From an uncultured Burkholderiales bacterium (GTDB lineage Bacteria; Pseudomonadota; Gammaproteobacteria; Burkholderiales; SCOH01), in NCBI GenBank assembly GCA_964495595.1, contig CAZBWH010000001.1, forward strand, positions 2,950 to 66,949: a stretch of 64,000 nt of DNA, given 5' to 3'. The translations under genes were made by a program, and so were the position numbers. The stretch's first letter is position 1; every line of letters starts with the position of its first letter. This document shows, piece by piece, positions 1-12,921 of the stretch. The notes under the pieces were generated by a model, which was not told the DNA's origin, did not search any database, and worked only from the letters and a program-made list of their open reading frames with translations.

Positions 1-5
1 GGCAC

Positions 6-54
6 TGCGTAGGTTTTTCCGCGCAATCCGTTCGTTGCGTAGGCAGTGCGTAGG
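6..54. repeat. three exact copies of octamer TGCGTAGG (6-13, 36-43, 47-54)
   Basis: Exact 8-mer seen three times within 50 nt of non-coding DNA at the window edge. Confidence 0.6.
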
Positions 55-80
55 CAACACCAGCGCATGCCGTCTCCTCA

Positions 81-100
81 ATTACCGGAAAACCGGTAAT
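81..100. repeat. perfect 20-bp palindrome ATTACCGGAAAACCGGTAAT, operator-like
   Basis: ATTACCGG / CCGGTAAT arms around an AAAA centre, read directly. Confidence 0.7.
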
Positions 101-111
101 TAGATTTTCCC

Positions 112-176
112 TTTAGGGACTCTCGAAACTCAGCAGCAGCCGAAGGTACGGCAGCATTTTAGGGACTAAAGAAACT
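112..176. repeat. two 19-bp direct repeats TTTAGGGACT(c/a)(t/a)(c/a)GAAACT at 112-130 and 158-176
   Basis: 16 of 19 positions identical between the two copies, 46 nt apart. Confidence 0.6.
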
Positions 177-317
177 ACCCCAGCACGTCAACGACAGTCA
201 GCGCAAAAATGCGCCCGCTGGTCTGGGTCGTAACCGGATTTCAAATCTGATTTTGACGAGCATCAGCGCATACCGGCTCAAAAATTAGCCCGTTGATTCT
301 GCTGGTATTTTTCATTC

Positions 318-626
318 ATGGGGTGTTTTCGCAAAACGCTCATGGGGTTTGTTTTCACAAATCAGCCTACCCCCTCAAAATTGAGGCCGTCGCAGTCGTC
401 AGGCTCGAATTTATGGGGTGTTTTCGCAAAACGGGTTTTCAAGCGTTTAGATGTGCTACTGCCCCGCTAATGGGGTTGTTTTCGCAAACAGGGGAAATCC
501 CCCATTTGGCGGCGCTCATGGGTTGGTGTTCGCAGAATCGCAGGGTTACAGAGCGCAATTTTGCGCAGTGCTTTTGAATCAGTGACTTAGCGGCAATCCA
601 GCCGCTAATGGGGTGTTTTCGCAAAT
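318..626. repeat. iteron-like array: six direct ~19-bp repeats, consensus ATGGGGTGTTTTCGCAAA
   Basis: Copies start at 318, 342, 413, 470, 518 and 608. Copies 1, 3 and 6 are near-identical; 2, 4 and 5 are degenerate. Spacing is irregular (24-90 nt). No credible ORF is present. The array lies next to a RepA-type helicase remnant. Confidence 0.75.
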
Positions 627-806
627 ACGGCATTTCGCCGCATTTGAATTGGCTACAGGGCAGGTTTTTTGTCTGCGTGAGATACCGTGGGGCTTCGGCT
701 GGTCAAGGGTTCCAAACTTTTAGCCCCCGGTACCCCCAAAGAAAAACCCGCCGATATGGCAGGTCTGCTTTGTCCAAATTCTCGTTTCGGCGGGCACCCG
801 GACATA

Positions 807-890
807 CGGACACACCTAAAGGTGTGTCCGTGTCCGTCCCGGTAAGGGACAGCGTGACGTGTCCCGGACTGTCCCGGCGTGTCCCGCCTG
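807..890. promoter_or_regulatory. 24-bp palindrome CGGACACACC-TAAA-GGTGTGTCCG (807-830) followed by a TGTCC(C/G) cluster, including TGTCCCG at 860, 870 and 880
   Basis: Three TGTCCCG copies sit at exact 10-bp phasing, with further TGTCCG/GTCCC/GGGAC copies at 825-851. The cluster lies directly 3' of the helicase-like ORF stop (896). Confidence 0.5.
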
Positions 891-895
891 TCTGA

Positions 896-1645
896 CTACC
901 ACAGCGACCACACATAGCCATCCCAAACCCGGATTTGTTCCACCTGCTGGAGCATTTGAAAAGCCCGGCCAAATGCCTTGCGCTTGGCGTCTGGTGCATC
1001 GCTGCCACTGATGCCAGACTTGTAAGCAACATCCCGCCATTGTTCTTCCGTCGCCACTACGCCCGGCGCTTGCATGCCCCAGCGTTCACGCACTGTTGCA
1101 GGCGGCGGGGTGCCGTGCTGCTCCTGTGCCAGCTTGAGTGCGTCCAATGCCACCTTGGCGGATTGCGGCAGCTTGCAGCCACGCTTGCCGCCTGCTGGCG
1201 CTTCTTCTGGCGCAATCACGCATGACGTTATCGGCTCGCCGTCGCCATCCTCGCCCAGCTCCACCACTTCCAGCCGGAACGGTTGCTCGTTGCCGTCCTG
1301 TCCGTCCTTGCTCTTGGCAACTGCCCATGCCCGGCTATCACCGTCGCGTGATACCTCGATAGCCGCATCCAGCGCAGCAAACAGTGAGCTATGCCCCCGC
1401 AAGCCTTTGCCCGCATCCTTGCCGGTGTGGTGAACCAGCAGCACCAGCCCACCCAATGCCATTTGCAGCGCCTTGGCGGCCTCGATAATCAGGCCCATGT
1501 CTTGGCTGCTGTTTTCATCAGCGCCCGGCGCAGCGCGGTTCAGTGTGTCGACACAGAGCACGCCACCAACAGCACCAGCGGCGGCAATACTTTCGGCAAG
1601 TTCTTGCACGTCACCAGCGGCCAGCAGAGAGAACGGCACCGTCAT
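896..1645 (-). pseudogene. 5'-truncated RepA/AAA_25-type (RecA/DnaB-fold) replicative helicase-like gene of a mobile element
   Basis: VLCVDTLNR...ENSS...LVLLVHHTGKD...RGHSSL matches the Walker B to sensor region of RSF1010 RepA-like helicases. No intact Walker A is present: the upstream frame is open only to a stop at 1739-1741 and reads GAGGSTEKD instead of a P-loop. Confidence 0.6.
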
Positions 1646-1772
1646 GAAGGAGGGTGTCCGCTTCGTGGCAGCGGGCGTGGTGAAACAGCTTGTGCCAGAT
1701 CGGTCCTTCTCCGTCGAGCCGCCAGCGCCACAGGGTTTTCAGGCTGACTTACAGGCTGCGCCATTGGAAGAA

Positions 1773-1794
1773 GCGATCACTCAAGTCCGACAGG
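1773..1794. repeat. solitary arm of REP-B element (CTCAAGTCCGACAGG)
   Basis: Exact 15-mer shared with the arms at 23916-23930 and 36075-36089. Confidence 0.6.
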
Positions 1795-1806
1795 CAGCCA
1801 GGGAAA

Positions 1807-4412
1807 TCAGTGCGCTGGCCCCAGCAGCAATGCGGCTTGCTGGAAAGACTGGCGCACCTGCTCGGTCAGCGCGGCTTCGTCAACCGGGTGGGTCAGCGGG
1901 AAAAGCCGCTCGGTGGTGTCGGTCGACAGGCCTGCGGTTGCCGGCAGGTCCAGCAGCAGGCGCACCGGGCCGTCCGGCTGGGTGCGCAGGCGGGTCAGCA
2001 GCGGCTCGCCATTAGCCGCCTGCAAGCCGGGATCGACCAGGATGACGCCCACTGCCCGGTCGGCCAGCTGGCGCTGTGCTTCGTCGACATTGGCAGCGCA
2101 AAGCACGCGGTAATGTTCACGCCGCAGCAGCCGCTTGAGGGCCGCCAGCACGGCGGTATCGCGGTGCGCCACCAGCAGGGTGGACATGGCTTCATTGTCG
2201 GCTGGCAGCTGCAGCGGCTGGTAGCTGCGCACGAAGGCTTCGATCTGCTCGGCTGGCAGCGGCCGGCTGATCAGGAAGCCTTGCATCACATCGCATTGCA
2301 GGGCACGCAGGTAGCGCGCCTGACCGACATCTTCCACTCCTTCGGCAATCACCTCCAGCCCCAGGCTGTGGCCCAGTGCGATGATGGCCCGCACGATCGA
2401 GGCGTTGCCGCTGCTGGTGGTCATGTCGCGCACGAACGACATGTCGATTTTGAGCTTGTCGGCTTCCAGTTGTTGCAGGTAGCCGAGCGAGGAATAGCCG
2501 GTGCCGAAGTCGTCGATCGACAGTTGTACCCCGAGCGCCTGCAAGTCGGCCAGTGAGCGGAACGATGCTTCTCGGTCGGCCATGACCAGTGTTTCGGTGA
2601 TTTCCAGCTCGAGTTGCTGCGGCTGGATGCCGGTTTCGGCCAGCGCCCGGCGCACCGATTCGACCAGCCGCCCCTGGCTGAGCTGCAGGGCCGAGACGTT
2701 GACGGCCACCTGGGGCACCGGCAGGCCGGCCTGCTGCCACTGGCGGATTTGCCGGCAAGCCTGCTGCAGTACCCATTCACCCAACGGGACGATCAGGCCG
2801 CTTTCTTCGGCCAGCGGAATGAAATCGCCCGGCGGCACCATGCCCCGCTCGGGGTGCTGCCAGCGCACCAGCGCCTCCATGCCGGTGATGTCGCCGCTGA
2901 GCAGGTCGATCTGTGGCTGGAAATGCAGCCGCAGTTCATCCTGTGCCAGCGCCCGGCGCAGCTCGGTTTCCATGGTCAGGCGATGGCGGGCCTTGCGGGT
3001 CATTTCTGCCGAATGAAACCTCAGCGAGCCCCGGCCGTGGGCCTTGGCCTGGTGCAATGCCACGTCGGCACTGCCCTGCAGTGCTTCGGCGGTGTTGCCG
3101 TCGGCCGGGTAGAGGGCAATGCCGATACAGGCGCTGCAGTAAACCTTGTTGCCTTCGAGCAGAAACGGTTCGGCAATCGCGTCAATCATCCGCTGGGCGG
3201 CCAGATCGACCGGTATGCCTTCGCCGCAGGACAGCAGGACATTGAATTCGTCGGCGCCCAGCCGGGCCACCGCGTCGCGCTCGGGAACCAGCCCCTGCAA
3301 CCGCCGGCTGACTTCGGCCAGCAGCTTGTCGCCCTGGCGGGCGCCGAGGCTTTCGTTGATGGTAGCGAACTTGTCCAGGTCGATGTGCAACAGCGCAAAC
3401 GGCTGCTGGCTGCGCTGGGCGTGCAGCAGTGCGTGTTCGAGCAGCTCGGCAAACAACACCCGGTTGGGCAGGCCGGTCACGCTGTCGCGGTGCGCGAGGG
3501 TGCGGTATTTTTCTTCGCTGACCTGCAGCATGGCGCTGCGCTGGGCGACCAGGTCTTCCAGAAAGCGCTGCAGGCGCGACAGCTCCAGATGGGTGCGCAC
3601 CCTGGCGCGCACTTCGTCGATGTCGAACGGCTTGGTGATGTAATCGGCGGCGCCAAGCTCAAAACCTTTCACCTTCTGCTCGGTGGCATCGACCACGGTG
3701 ACGAAGATGACCGGAATCCGGTCGCCGGCCGGGGTGTCCTTGATCCGCCGGCAGACTTCGTAGCCGTCCATTTCCGGCATCATCACATCCAGCAGGATCA
3801 GGTCGGGCGGGGTGGGACCCAGCACGATTTCCAGCGCCTGATTGCCGTTGCGCGCCACCATGATCCGGTAGTCGCTTTTCAGCGCTTCGAGCAACTCGTG
3901 GATGTTTTCCGGCAGGTCGTCCACGACCAGCAGACTGGGCGTGAGGCTGAGTTCGCTGGACGAGGTGATGTCGAACAGCACCGGCTGGTGCCGGTAGCGC
4001 TTCAGGTCGAGCTGGTTGCGGATGCGCATGCGCAACAGGTCGGGGTTGATCGGCTTGGTGATGTAGTCCATCACGCCAAGCATCAGCCCGCGTGCTTCGT
4101 CGGCCGCTTCGGTGACGGCGGTGACGAAAATCACCGGAATGCCGGCGGTGAGCGGGTCTTGCTTCAACTGGGCCAGCACGGCGTAGCCATCCATCTGCGG
4201 CATGTGGATGTCGAGCAGGATGAGATCCGGCTGCGGGTGCTGCCGGGCGAGCAGGAGCGCCTTTTCGCCGCAGGTGGCGGCGGTGATGGCGTAGTCCTCG
4301 CGCAGCAAGGCCATCAGGGCGTGCAGGTTTTCCCGCACATCGTCAACGATCAGCAAACGGGCCCGCTTGTCGGGCTGGCCGGAAACGGGTTGACTGGGGG
4401 TGGGCGGGAGGG

Positions 4413-4416
<4 letters not shown>
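1807..4416 (-). CDS. response regulator REC-REC-GGDEF(GADEF)-EAL with C-terminal receiver-like domain
   Basis: Two receiver domains (LLIVDDV...LLDIHMP; LLVVDDL...LLDVMMP). GGDEF site reads RLGADEF. EAL domain has EALVRW and [10 protein letters not shown]. The ATG at 4416 overlaps the upstream stop (ATGA). The track's 44-aa Arg-rich N-extension is rejected. Confidence 0.85.
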
Positions 4417-7850
<3,434 letters not shown>

Positions 7851-7878
7851 TAGGAAGAGTCCTGAATGGTCGGCATAA

Positions 7879-8412
7879 TCAGCGTACGGTCCTGGCCAGC
7901 TCGAACAGCTTGGCACTGATTTTCAGATTGGCGCTGCGCGCCGCTTCCGGGTTGATTTCCAGCCGGATGCGGCCGCTTTCGGCATAAAAGCCGATCACCC
8001 CGCCCCGCTGGGCAAACCCCTCGCTGTCGCCCACGGTCAGCACCGGCAGACTACGCACCCTGGCCAGCACGTCGGCCGGCTGGCGGACGGCGCTGCCCAG
8101 AAACAGCAATTGGCACTGGGCAGGATCGCCGCTGTGCTCGGGGTCAATCAGCAGCGGCCGGTTGTTGACCTGCCGGTTGGACAACTCCGCCAGCAGCGCA
8201 CCCAGCTGGCTGTCGCCCTGCACGCACAGGCGTAGCTGCTCGCCAGCCGGGGCGGGCCAGCTGACAAATTTGGTCAGGTGGTAGAGATACGCCGCCTTGA
8301 CCTTGTTTTCCAGCGCGTCATCCGGCCCGGCTACTGCCGCAGTGGCCCACAGCAGGCCAGCACCGGCCAGCAAGCCAAGGCGGGTCAACGGCAAGCCGGC
8401 CGTGGCGCTCAA
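7879..8412 (-). CDS. YfiR/DUF4154-like periplasmic protein
   Basis: Signal peptide followed by [17 protein letters not shown], typical of DUF4154. Size about 177 aa. Apparent TTG start overlaps the receptor stop (TTGA), so the start codon is uncertain. Confidence 0.65.
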   Translation of the reverse strand: MSATAGLPLTRLGLLAGAGLLWATAAVAGPDDALENKVKAAYLYHLTKFVSWPAPAGEQLRLCVQGDSQLGALLAELSNRQVNNRPLLIDPEHSGDPAQCQLLFLGSAVRQPADVLARVRSLPVLTVGDSEGFAQRGGVIGFYAESGRIRLEINPEAARSANLKISAKLFELARTVR

Positions 8413-10463
8413 AATGTCACCGTCACGCCAGCCAGCGCACTGGTGCCCGGATCGCGAAAATCAAACGGCATCGGGTGGCGCCGGTCGAACAGGTTATTGA
8501 CCTCGACAAAACCGCCGAACGCTGCCCCACCCTGCCGGACTGGATCGCTTTGCAGGCGCAGATTGGCCAGCGCGTAGTGGCCGTATGCCTTGCGGCTGCT
8601 TTGCGCCGTGCTGTCCCAGTAGCGACCTACCCACTGGCCGTAAGGCATCAGTTGCCAGCCAGACCGCAGCGGTACGGTCAATCCGGCATTGAGCATAGTG
8701 TCGGGTACAAACGGGATCGCGGTGCTGGCCTGATCGTGGATCAGCGGGTTGTCGATCTGGGTGCGGGTGCGGGTCAGGTTGGCAAAGCCGCCCAGCTGGC
8801 CGGCCGGAGCGTAGCGCAGATCGAGCGCCACGCCGGTCGAGCGCGCCGACCCGGCATTTTCGGAACGGGTTTGCGAGGGAATGGCGCTGACGACGTTGGT
8901 CACGATGGCGTCGTCGAGGGTATTGAGAAACGCCCGCACGCCGATTTTCAGTGCCCCGGCCGGCTGCCAGTCCAGGCCCAGATCGCGCCCGAGGCCGCTT
9001 TCCGGCCGCAAGCCTGGGTTGGCCAGCTCGCCGCTGGCCGTGGGTACGTTGACCGTGCCGCCGATCTGCTTGGCCGACGGCACCATGAAACTGCTACCGG
9101 CATTGGCATACAGCGCCACGCCCGGCGCCGCGCTGTAGCGCAGCCCCAGGCTCCACAAGGTTTTGCGCCAGTCGGCACTCGGCACTGCCGGCTGCTGGCC
9201 ATCCAGCAAGGCATAACGGTGCTGGATGCGGTTGTGGCGCAGCCCCAGGCGGAATACCCAGTCCTGCCACTGCAGTTTTTCCTGGGCGAACAGCCCGGTC
9301 GATCGCGCCTGTGCCTCGTTGCCGGGCAGCCGGCCACCGCCGACCGGTTCGCTGGCGGTGCGGTAATCCACCCACTGCGCGTCGGCCCCGACGGTCAGCA
9401 GGGCACGCGGGCCGTGCAGATAGCTCAGGGTCAGATCCAGCGGCCGGATCGTCTGCCCGGTGGTGTCGCGGCTGATCAGCGCATCGCCGGCTGGCCAGTT
9501 GTCGTTGGCAAAGCTGCGATCCGAACGCCGCTGGCCAGCCTTGACCTGCAGATGCAGCGATGGGTTGAGCTGGTTGGCGTAGGCCAGATTGAGCATATCG
9601 TAGCGGTGGTCGAAATCACGGTTGGGACGGCCCATGTCGCCCTCGTGCCCGGCGTGATGGACGAACAGCGACAGTGTGTGGTCAGGGCGCCCCAGTGACT
9701 GGCTGAGTTTGGCGTAGACCTTGAGCTTGCGGTAATCGGGATGATTGCTGGTCTGCAGCCACGAATTCTCGGCGCCGTACTGGGTGTAGTCGGCCCGCTC
9801 GATGCTTGCGCCGGCAAAATAGCTCAGGCCCTCGCGCCGCCCCTGGTGGTAGAGCCGGCCGTGCACGGTGCCGGCGCTGCCGGCCGCCCACTGCATCCGG
9901 GTCAGCGGCGCATCAACCCGTTCACGCAGGATGAAATGGGTCGTGCCCGCCAGCGGCGCCTCGTTGCCGACGAAATCCATCGTCAGGTAATTCGAATACA
10001 TCACCGCCGCCGGGCCCTTGTACGCCTCGACCCGCTCAATGGCCCACACGTCGATGCTCATCGCATCGGCAAACGAATCAACCGGCAGCCCGTCGAGCAG
10101 ATAGCTGTTGTATTTCGGGCCCAGCCCGCCATACGAGCCCCAGTTGGCATCGTTGCGCGACAGCACATTGACGAACTGGCCCGACGAAAACTGCAGCAGC
10201 GCTGCCAGATTGCCCTGCTGGCCGGCCAAGGTATCCAGCTCGGCCCCGCGCAATACGGTGATGCTCTGGGTGGCGGAATCCGCCGGCTGCGCCACCTTGG
10301 CATCGGTCACCACGATATCCGCCAGCTGGTCCAGCGAAGTCAGGTCGACAAACTGCCCCAGCGGCATGGCACGAAACGCGCTCCCGTCCTGGTCAGCCCC
10401 GGCAACCGCCCAGCCCGGCCACACCAGCACCAGCATTCCCCACCACCGCACGACGCTTTGCAT
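8409..10463 (-). CDS. TonB-dependent outer-membrane receptor
   Basis: Signal peptide, plug region, beta-barrel-type sequence and terminal aromatic residue (...VTVTF). Strong RBS GGGAGG precedes the ATG at 10463. Confidence 0.85.
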   Translation of the reverse strand: MQSVVRWWGMLVLVWPGWAVAGADQDGSAFRAMPLGQFVDLTSLDQLADIVVTDAKVAQPADSATQSITVLRGAELDTLAGQQGNLAALLQFSSGQFVNVLSRNDANWGSYGGLGPKYNSYLLDGLPVDSFADAMSIDVWAIERVEAYKGPAAVMYSNYLTMDFVGNEAPLAGTTHFILRERVDAPLTRMQWAAGSAGTVHGRLYHQGRREGLSYFAGASIERADYTQYGAENSWLQTSNHPDYRKLKVYAKLSQSLGRPDHTLSLFVHHAGHEGDMGRPNRDFDHRYDMLNLAYANQLNPSLHLQVKAGQRRSDRSFANDNWPAGDALISRDTTGQTIRPLDLTLSYLHGPRALLTVGADAQWVDYRTASEPVGGGRLPGNEAQARSTGLFAQEKLQWQDWVFRLGLRHNRIQHRYALLDGQQPAVPSADWRKTLWSLGLRYSAAPGVALYANAGSSFMVPSAKQIGGTVNVPTASGELANPGLRPESGLGRDLGLDWQPAGALKIGVRAFLNTLDDAIVTNVVSAIPSQTRSENAGSARSTGVALDLRYAPAGQLGGFANLTRTRTQIDNPLIHDQASTAIPFVPDTMLNAGLTVPLRSGWQLMPYGQWVGRYWDSTAQSSRKAYGHYALANLRLQSDPVRQGGAAFGGFVEVNNLFDRRHPMPFDFRDPGTSALAGVTVTF

Positions 10464-10639
10464 GTTCACCTCCCACTTGCCCTGCCCCGCAAGGCACCCG
10501 CATTCAGCATAGCAACCGCCGGGCAAACATGAACGGCAAATCGGCCACCGTTTGGCCAGCAATACGGGTTACGGCTGCGACGCGAGACAGCGTTCGGCGG
10601 TATGCTGTCACGGTTTCGATGGCCAGGTGGAGAGATTCG

Positions 10640-11767
10640 ATGCGAGCCAGAGCGGTTGGTGAGTGCTGGGTGGGCAGGGCGATATTCTGGCTGATCTGCT
10701 GGCTGGCCGGCACTGCGGTCGCGCTGGCAGACCCGACGCCGGCCCGGCTGGAAGTGTTCGTGCGCGAAGGCTGTCCGCACTGCGCGGCGGCCAAGGCGTA
10801 TTTGCCCGCCTTTGCAGCAAGCCGGCCGGGGCTGCAGGTGGTGCTGCGGCAGGTAGACCGCGACCCGGCGGCGCAGCGCGACTGGCAGCGGGTGTCGCAG
10901 GCTTCTGGCGTGTGGCCGCCGGGGTTGCCGACCTTTGCCATCCAGGGCCGGTTGATGGTGGGATTTGACGACGAACAGCGCACCGGCCCCTTGCTGGCGG
11001 CGCTGGTCGATCAAGCGGTGGTGGCGCCGGCGCTGGAGTCGGGCTGGCTGGGCACGCTGAGTGTCGAGCGGCTGGGGTTGCCGCTGTTCACGCTGGCGAT
11101 CGGGCTGCTGGACGGGTTCAATCCGTGTGCGATGTGGGTGCTGCTGTTTTTGCTGTCGATGCTGGTGCACCTGCGCAGCCGGGCGCGGATTGCGCTGATT
11201 GCCGGCACCTTTGTCGCCACGGGCGGGCTGATCTATTTTGCCTTTCTGGCCGCGTGGCTGAACCTGTTTTTGCTGCTGCCGCTGACCGACGCGCTGCGCT
11301 GGGGGCTGGCTGCGCTGGCGTTGGCGATCGGTGGAGTGAATGTGGCAGACGCCGCCCGTGGCGGAAGCGATTTCACCCTGGCGATCCCGGCGTCGGTCAA
11401 GCCGGGGCTTTACGCACGGGCGCGGGCCGTGCTGCGCGGCGAAACCCTGCTGGCATCGATGGCCGGAGTCATGGTGCTGGCGGTGGTGGTGAATTTTGTC
11501 GAGCTGCTGTGCAGCGCCGGGCTGCCGGCCCTGTACAGCGCGGTGCTGGCGCAGCAGCCGCTGGATCAATGGCAGCGAACCGGCTATCTGGCGCTGTATA
11601 TCGTCGGCTACGTGGCGGATGATTCCCTGATGGTGGCGCTGGCCGTGACGGCACTGGGCAGCAGCAAATTATCCGAACGCAGCGGCCGCTGGCTGAAGCT
11701 GGTGAGCGGTTTGACCATGCTGGCGATGGGCGGGCTGCTGGTGCTCAAGCCAGGCTGGCTACTGTAA
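10640..11767 (+). CDS. glutaredoxin/thioredoxin-fold domain fused to a DsbD/CcdA-like membrane domain
   Basis: CPHC redox motif after a signal/anchor. Membrane domain carries DGFNPCA and LLCSAGLP motifs. RBS GGAGAG precedes the ATG at 10640. Confidence 0.7.
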   Translation: MRARAVGECWVGRAIFWLICWLAGTAVALADPTPARLEVFVREGCPHCAAAKAYLPAFAASRPGLQVVLRQVDRDPAAQRDWQRVSQASGVWPPGLPTFAIQGRLMVGFDDEQRTGPLLAALVDQAVVAPALESGWLGTLSVERLGLPLFTLAIGLLDGFNPCAMWVLLFLLSMLVHLRSRARIALIAGTFVATGGLIYFAFLAAWLNLFLLLPLTDALRWGLAALALAIGGVNVADAARGGSDFTLAIPASVKPGLYARARAVLRGETLLASMAGVMVLAVVVNFVELLCSAGLPALYSAVLAQQPLDQWQRTGYLALYIVGYVADDSLMVALAVTALGSSKLSERSGRWLKLVSGLTMLAMGGLLVLKPGWLL

Positions 11768-11775
11768 AGGTCACC

Positions 11776-11847
11776 GGGCTGCAAGCCGCTCTGGTATTGC
11801 CTCGCAGGCCGGCCTGCAGACCGCGCCCCTATTGCCTTGCAGGCCGG
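11776..11847. repeat. REP-A intergenic repeat (CTGCAAGCC...CTCTGGTATTGCC...GCAGGCC units)
   Basis: Same motif family as 23935-24005, 47590-47662, 51275-51345 and 54941-55053. Fills the gap between convergent genes. Confidence 0.7.
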
Positions 11848-12915
11848 TCAGTAACGGCGGGTTTCGCCGATCCGCATCACAAAAAACTGCTCGGCGTCGA
11901 TTTCGGCCTCCTGCAGCGCCGTAGCCAGATCCCGCGGCGGCTGGTCGAGCGGTTCGTCGGTCAGCTCGAAGCAGCCCCAGTGAATGGCAAACGCCTGGCT
12001 GGCCCCCAGATCGCGCAGTGCCTGCACCGCCTCCCACGGGTCAACGTGCTGGGCACGCATGAACCAGCGCGGCTCGTAGGCGCCGATCGGCAATGCGGCC
12101 AGGTCGATGCCGGGAAAACGCTGGCCGATGTCGTGAAAATCTTTGGAATAACCGCTGTCGCCGGCAAAGTAAAAGCGGAACGCCGGGGCATCGACGATGA
12201 ATCCACCCCACAGACTCTGGTTACGGTCGGTCAGGGTGCGGCTGCTCCAGTGCTGGGCAGGAACGAAATGGATCGTCAGCCCCCGGACAAGGTGCGACGC
12301 CCACCAGTCCAGTTCGATCACATCGTGCAGGCCGCGCCGGACAAACCAGTCGCGCAGCCCCAGCGGCACCAGAAAGCGCGGCGGGCCGCCAGCCTGGTCG
12401 CGCAGCCGGCGCACGGTGTAATCATCCAGATGGTCGTAGTGGTTGTGCGAGATCAGCACCAGATCGATCGGCGGCAATTGCTCCAGCGCAAGTCCTGGCG
12501 GGCTGTGGCGACGCGGACCGGCAAAGGGCACCGGCGAGGCCCGCTCGCCGAACACCGGATCGGTGAGCACGTTCACCCCGCCCGCCTGCAGCAACACGGT
12601 GGAATGGCCGATCCAGGTCACGGTGGTCTGTTCGCGGTTGCGCTGCAGAAAATCGACCTGAGGCTCGGCACGCGGCAGACGGTAGCCGCCTTCCGGCTGC
12701 CGTGGGTGGCTGTTGCGCCAGGCATCCCAGCGCCAGCGAAAAAAATCGCGCCCGCCGGGCTCTGGGTGCGGGTAGTTGTTGCGAAAACCGTCGGGAGTGT
12801 GGTGAGGACGAGAGGGAGGCATGGCGCCATTATCTGCGGCAAGCCACGCCGGCAGCAAGAGCCCGGCCAGCAACGCCAGCCAAGATATTCGCCCCGCTGC
12901 TGCCCGGCTGATCAC
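11848..12915 (-). CDS. secreted MBL-fold metallo-hydrolase (NAPE-PLD-like)
   Basis: HNHYDHLD metal-binding motif. N-terminal signal peptide. GTG start lies 6 nt after the phaC stop. Confidence 0.75.
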   Translation of the reverse strand: MISRAAAGRISWLALLAGLLLPAWLAADNGAMPPSRPHHTPDGFRNNYPHPEPGGRDFFRWRWDAWRNSHPRQPEGGYRLPRAEPQVDFLQRNREQTTVTWIGHSTVLLQAGGVNVLTDPVFGERASPVPFAGPRRHSPPGLALEQLPPIDLVLISHNHYDHLDDYTVRRLRDQAGGPPRFLVPLGLRDWFVRRGLHDVIELDWWASHLVRGLTIHFVPAQHWSSRTLTDRNQSLWGGFIVDAPAFRFYFAGDSGYSKDFHDIGQRFPGIDLAALPIGAYEPRWFMRAQHVDPWEAVQALRDLGASQAFAIHWGCFELTDEPLDQPPRDLATALQEAEIDAEQFFVMRIGETRRY

Positions 12916-12921
12916 GACCGG

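Noticed and set aside
318-626. Considered whether the direct repeats are a CRISPR array
   Set aside because: The repeats are only ~19 nt and degenerate. Spacers are irregular in length (5-71 nt). There is no leader and no cas genes. The pattern fits iterons, not CRISPR.
745-795. Possible terminator of the helicase remnant (CCCGCCGA ... TCGGCGGG followed by TTTTT on the minus strand)
   Set aside because: The 8-bp stem encloses a ~30-nt loop, which is atypical for an intrinsic terminator. It is left unannotated.
293-1040. Several 60-110-aa ORFs inside the iteron region
   Set aside because: Their apparent starts are the ATG embedded in each ATGGGGTGTTTTCGC repeat. The translations (MGCFRK...) repeat for that reason and have no RBS or coding character.
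10464-10639. Looked for a cobalamin or other riboswitch in the leader of the TonB-dependent receptor
   Set aside because: The leader is at most ~175 nt and shared with a divergent gene. No B12-box-like element or extended conserved helices were seen, only one short hairpin (about 10597-10620).
8475-11569. ORFs 8475-9698 (+), 9741-10532 (+) and 10466-11569 (-)
   Set aside because: They lie opposite the TonB-dependent receptor or the glutaredoxin-DsbD-like gene. Their sequences are repetitive and Arg/Gln/Pro-rich.
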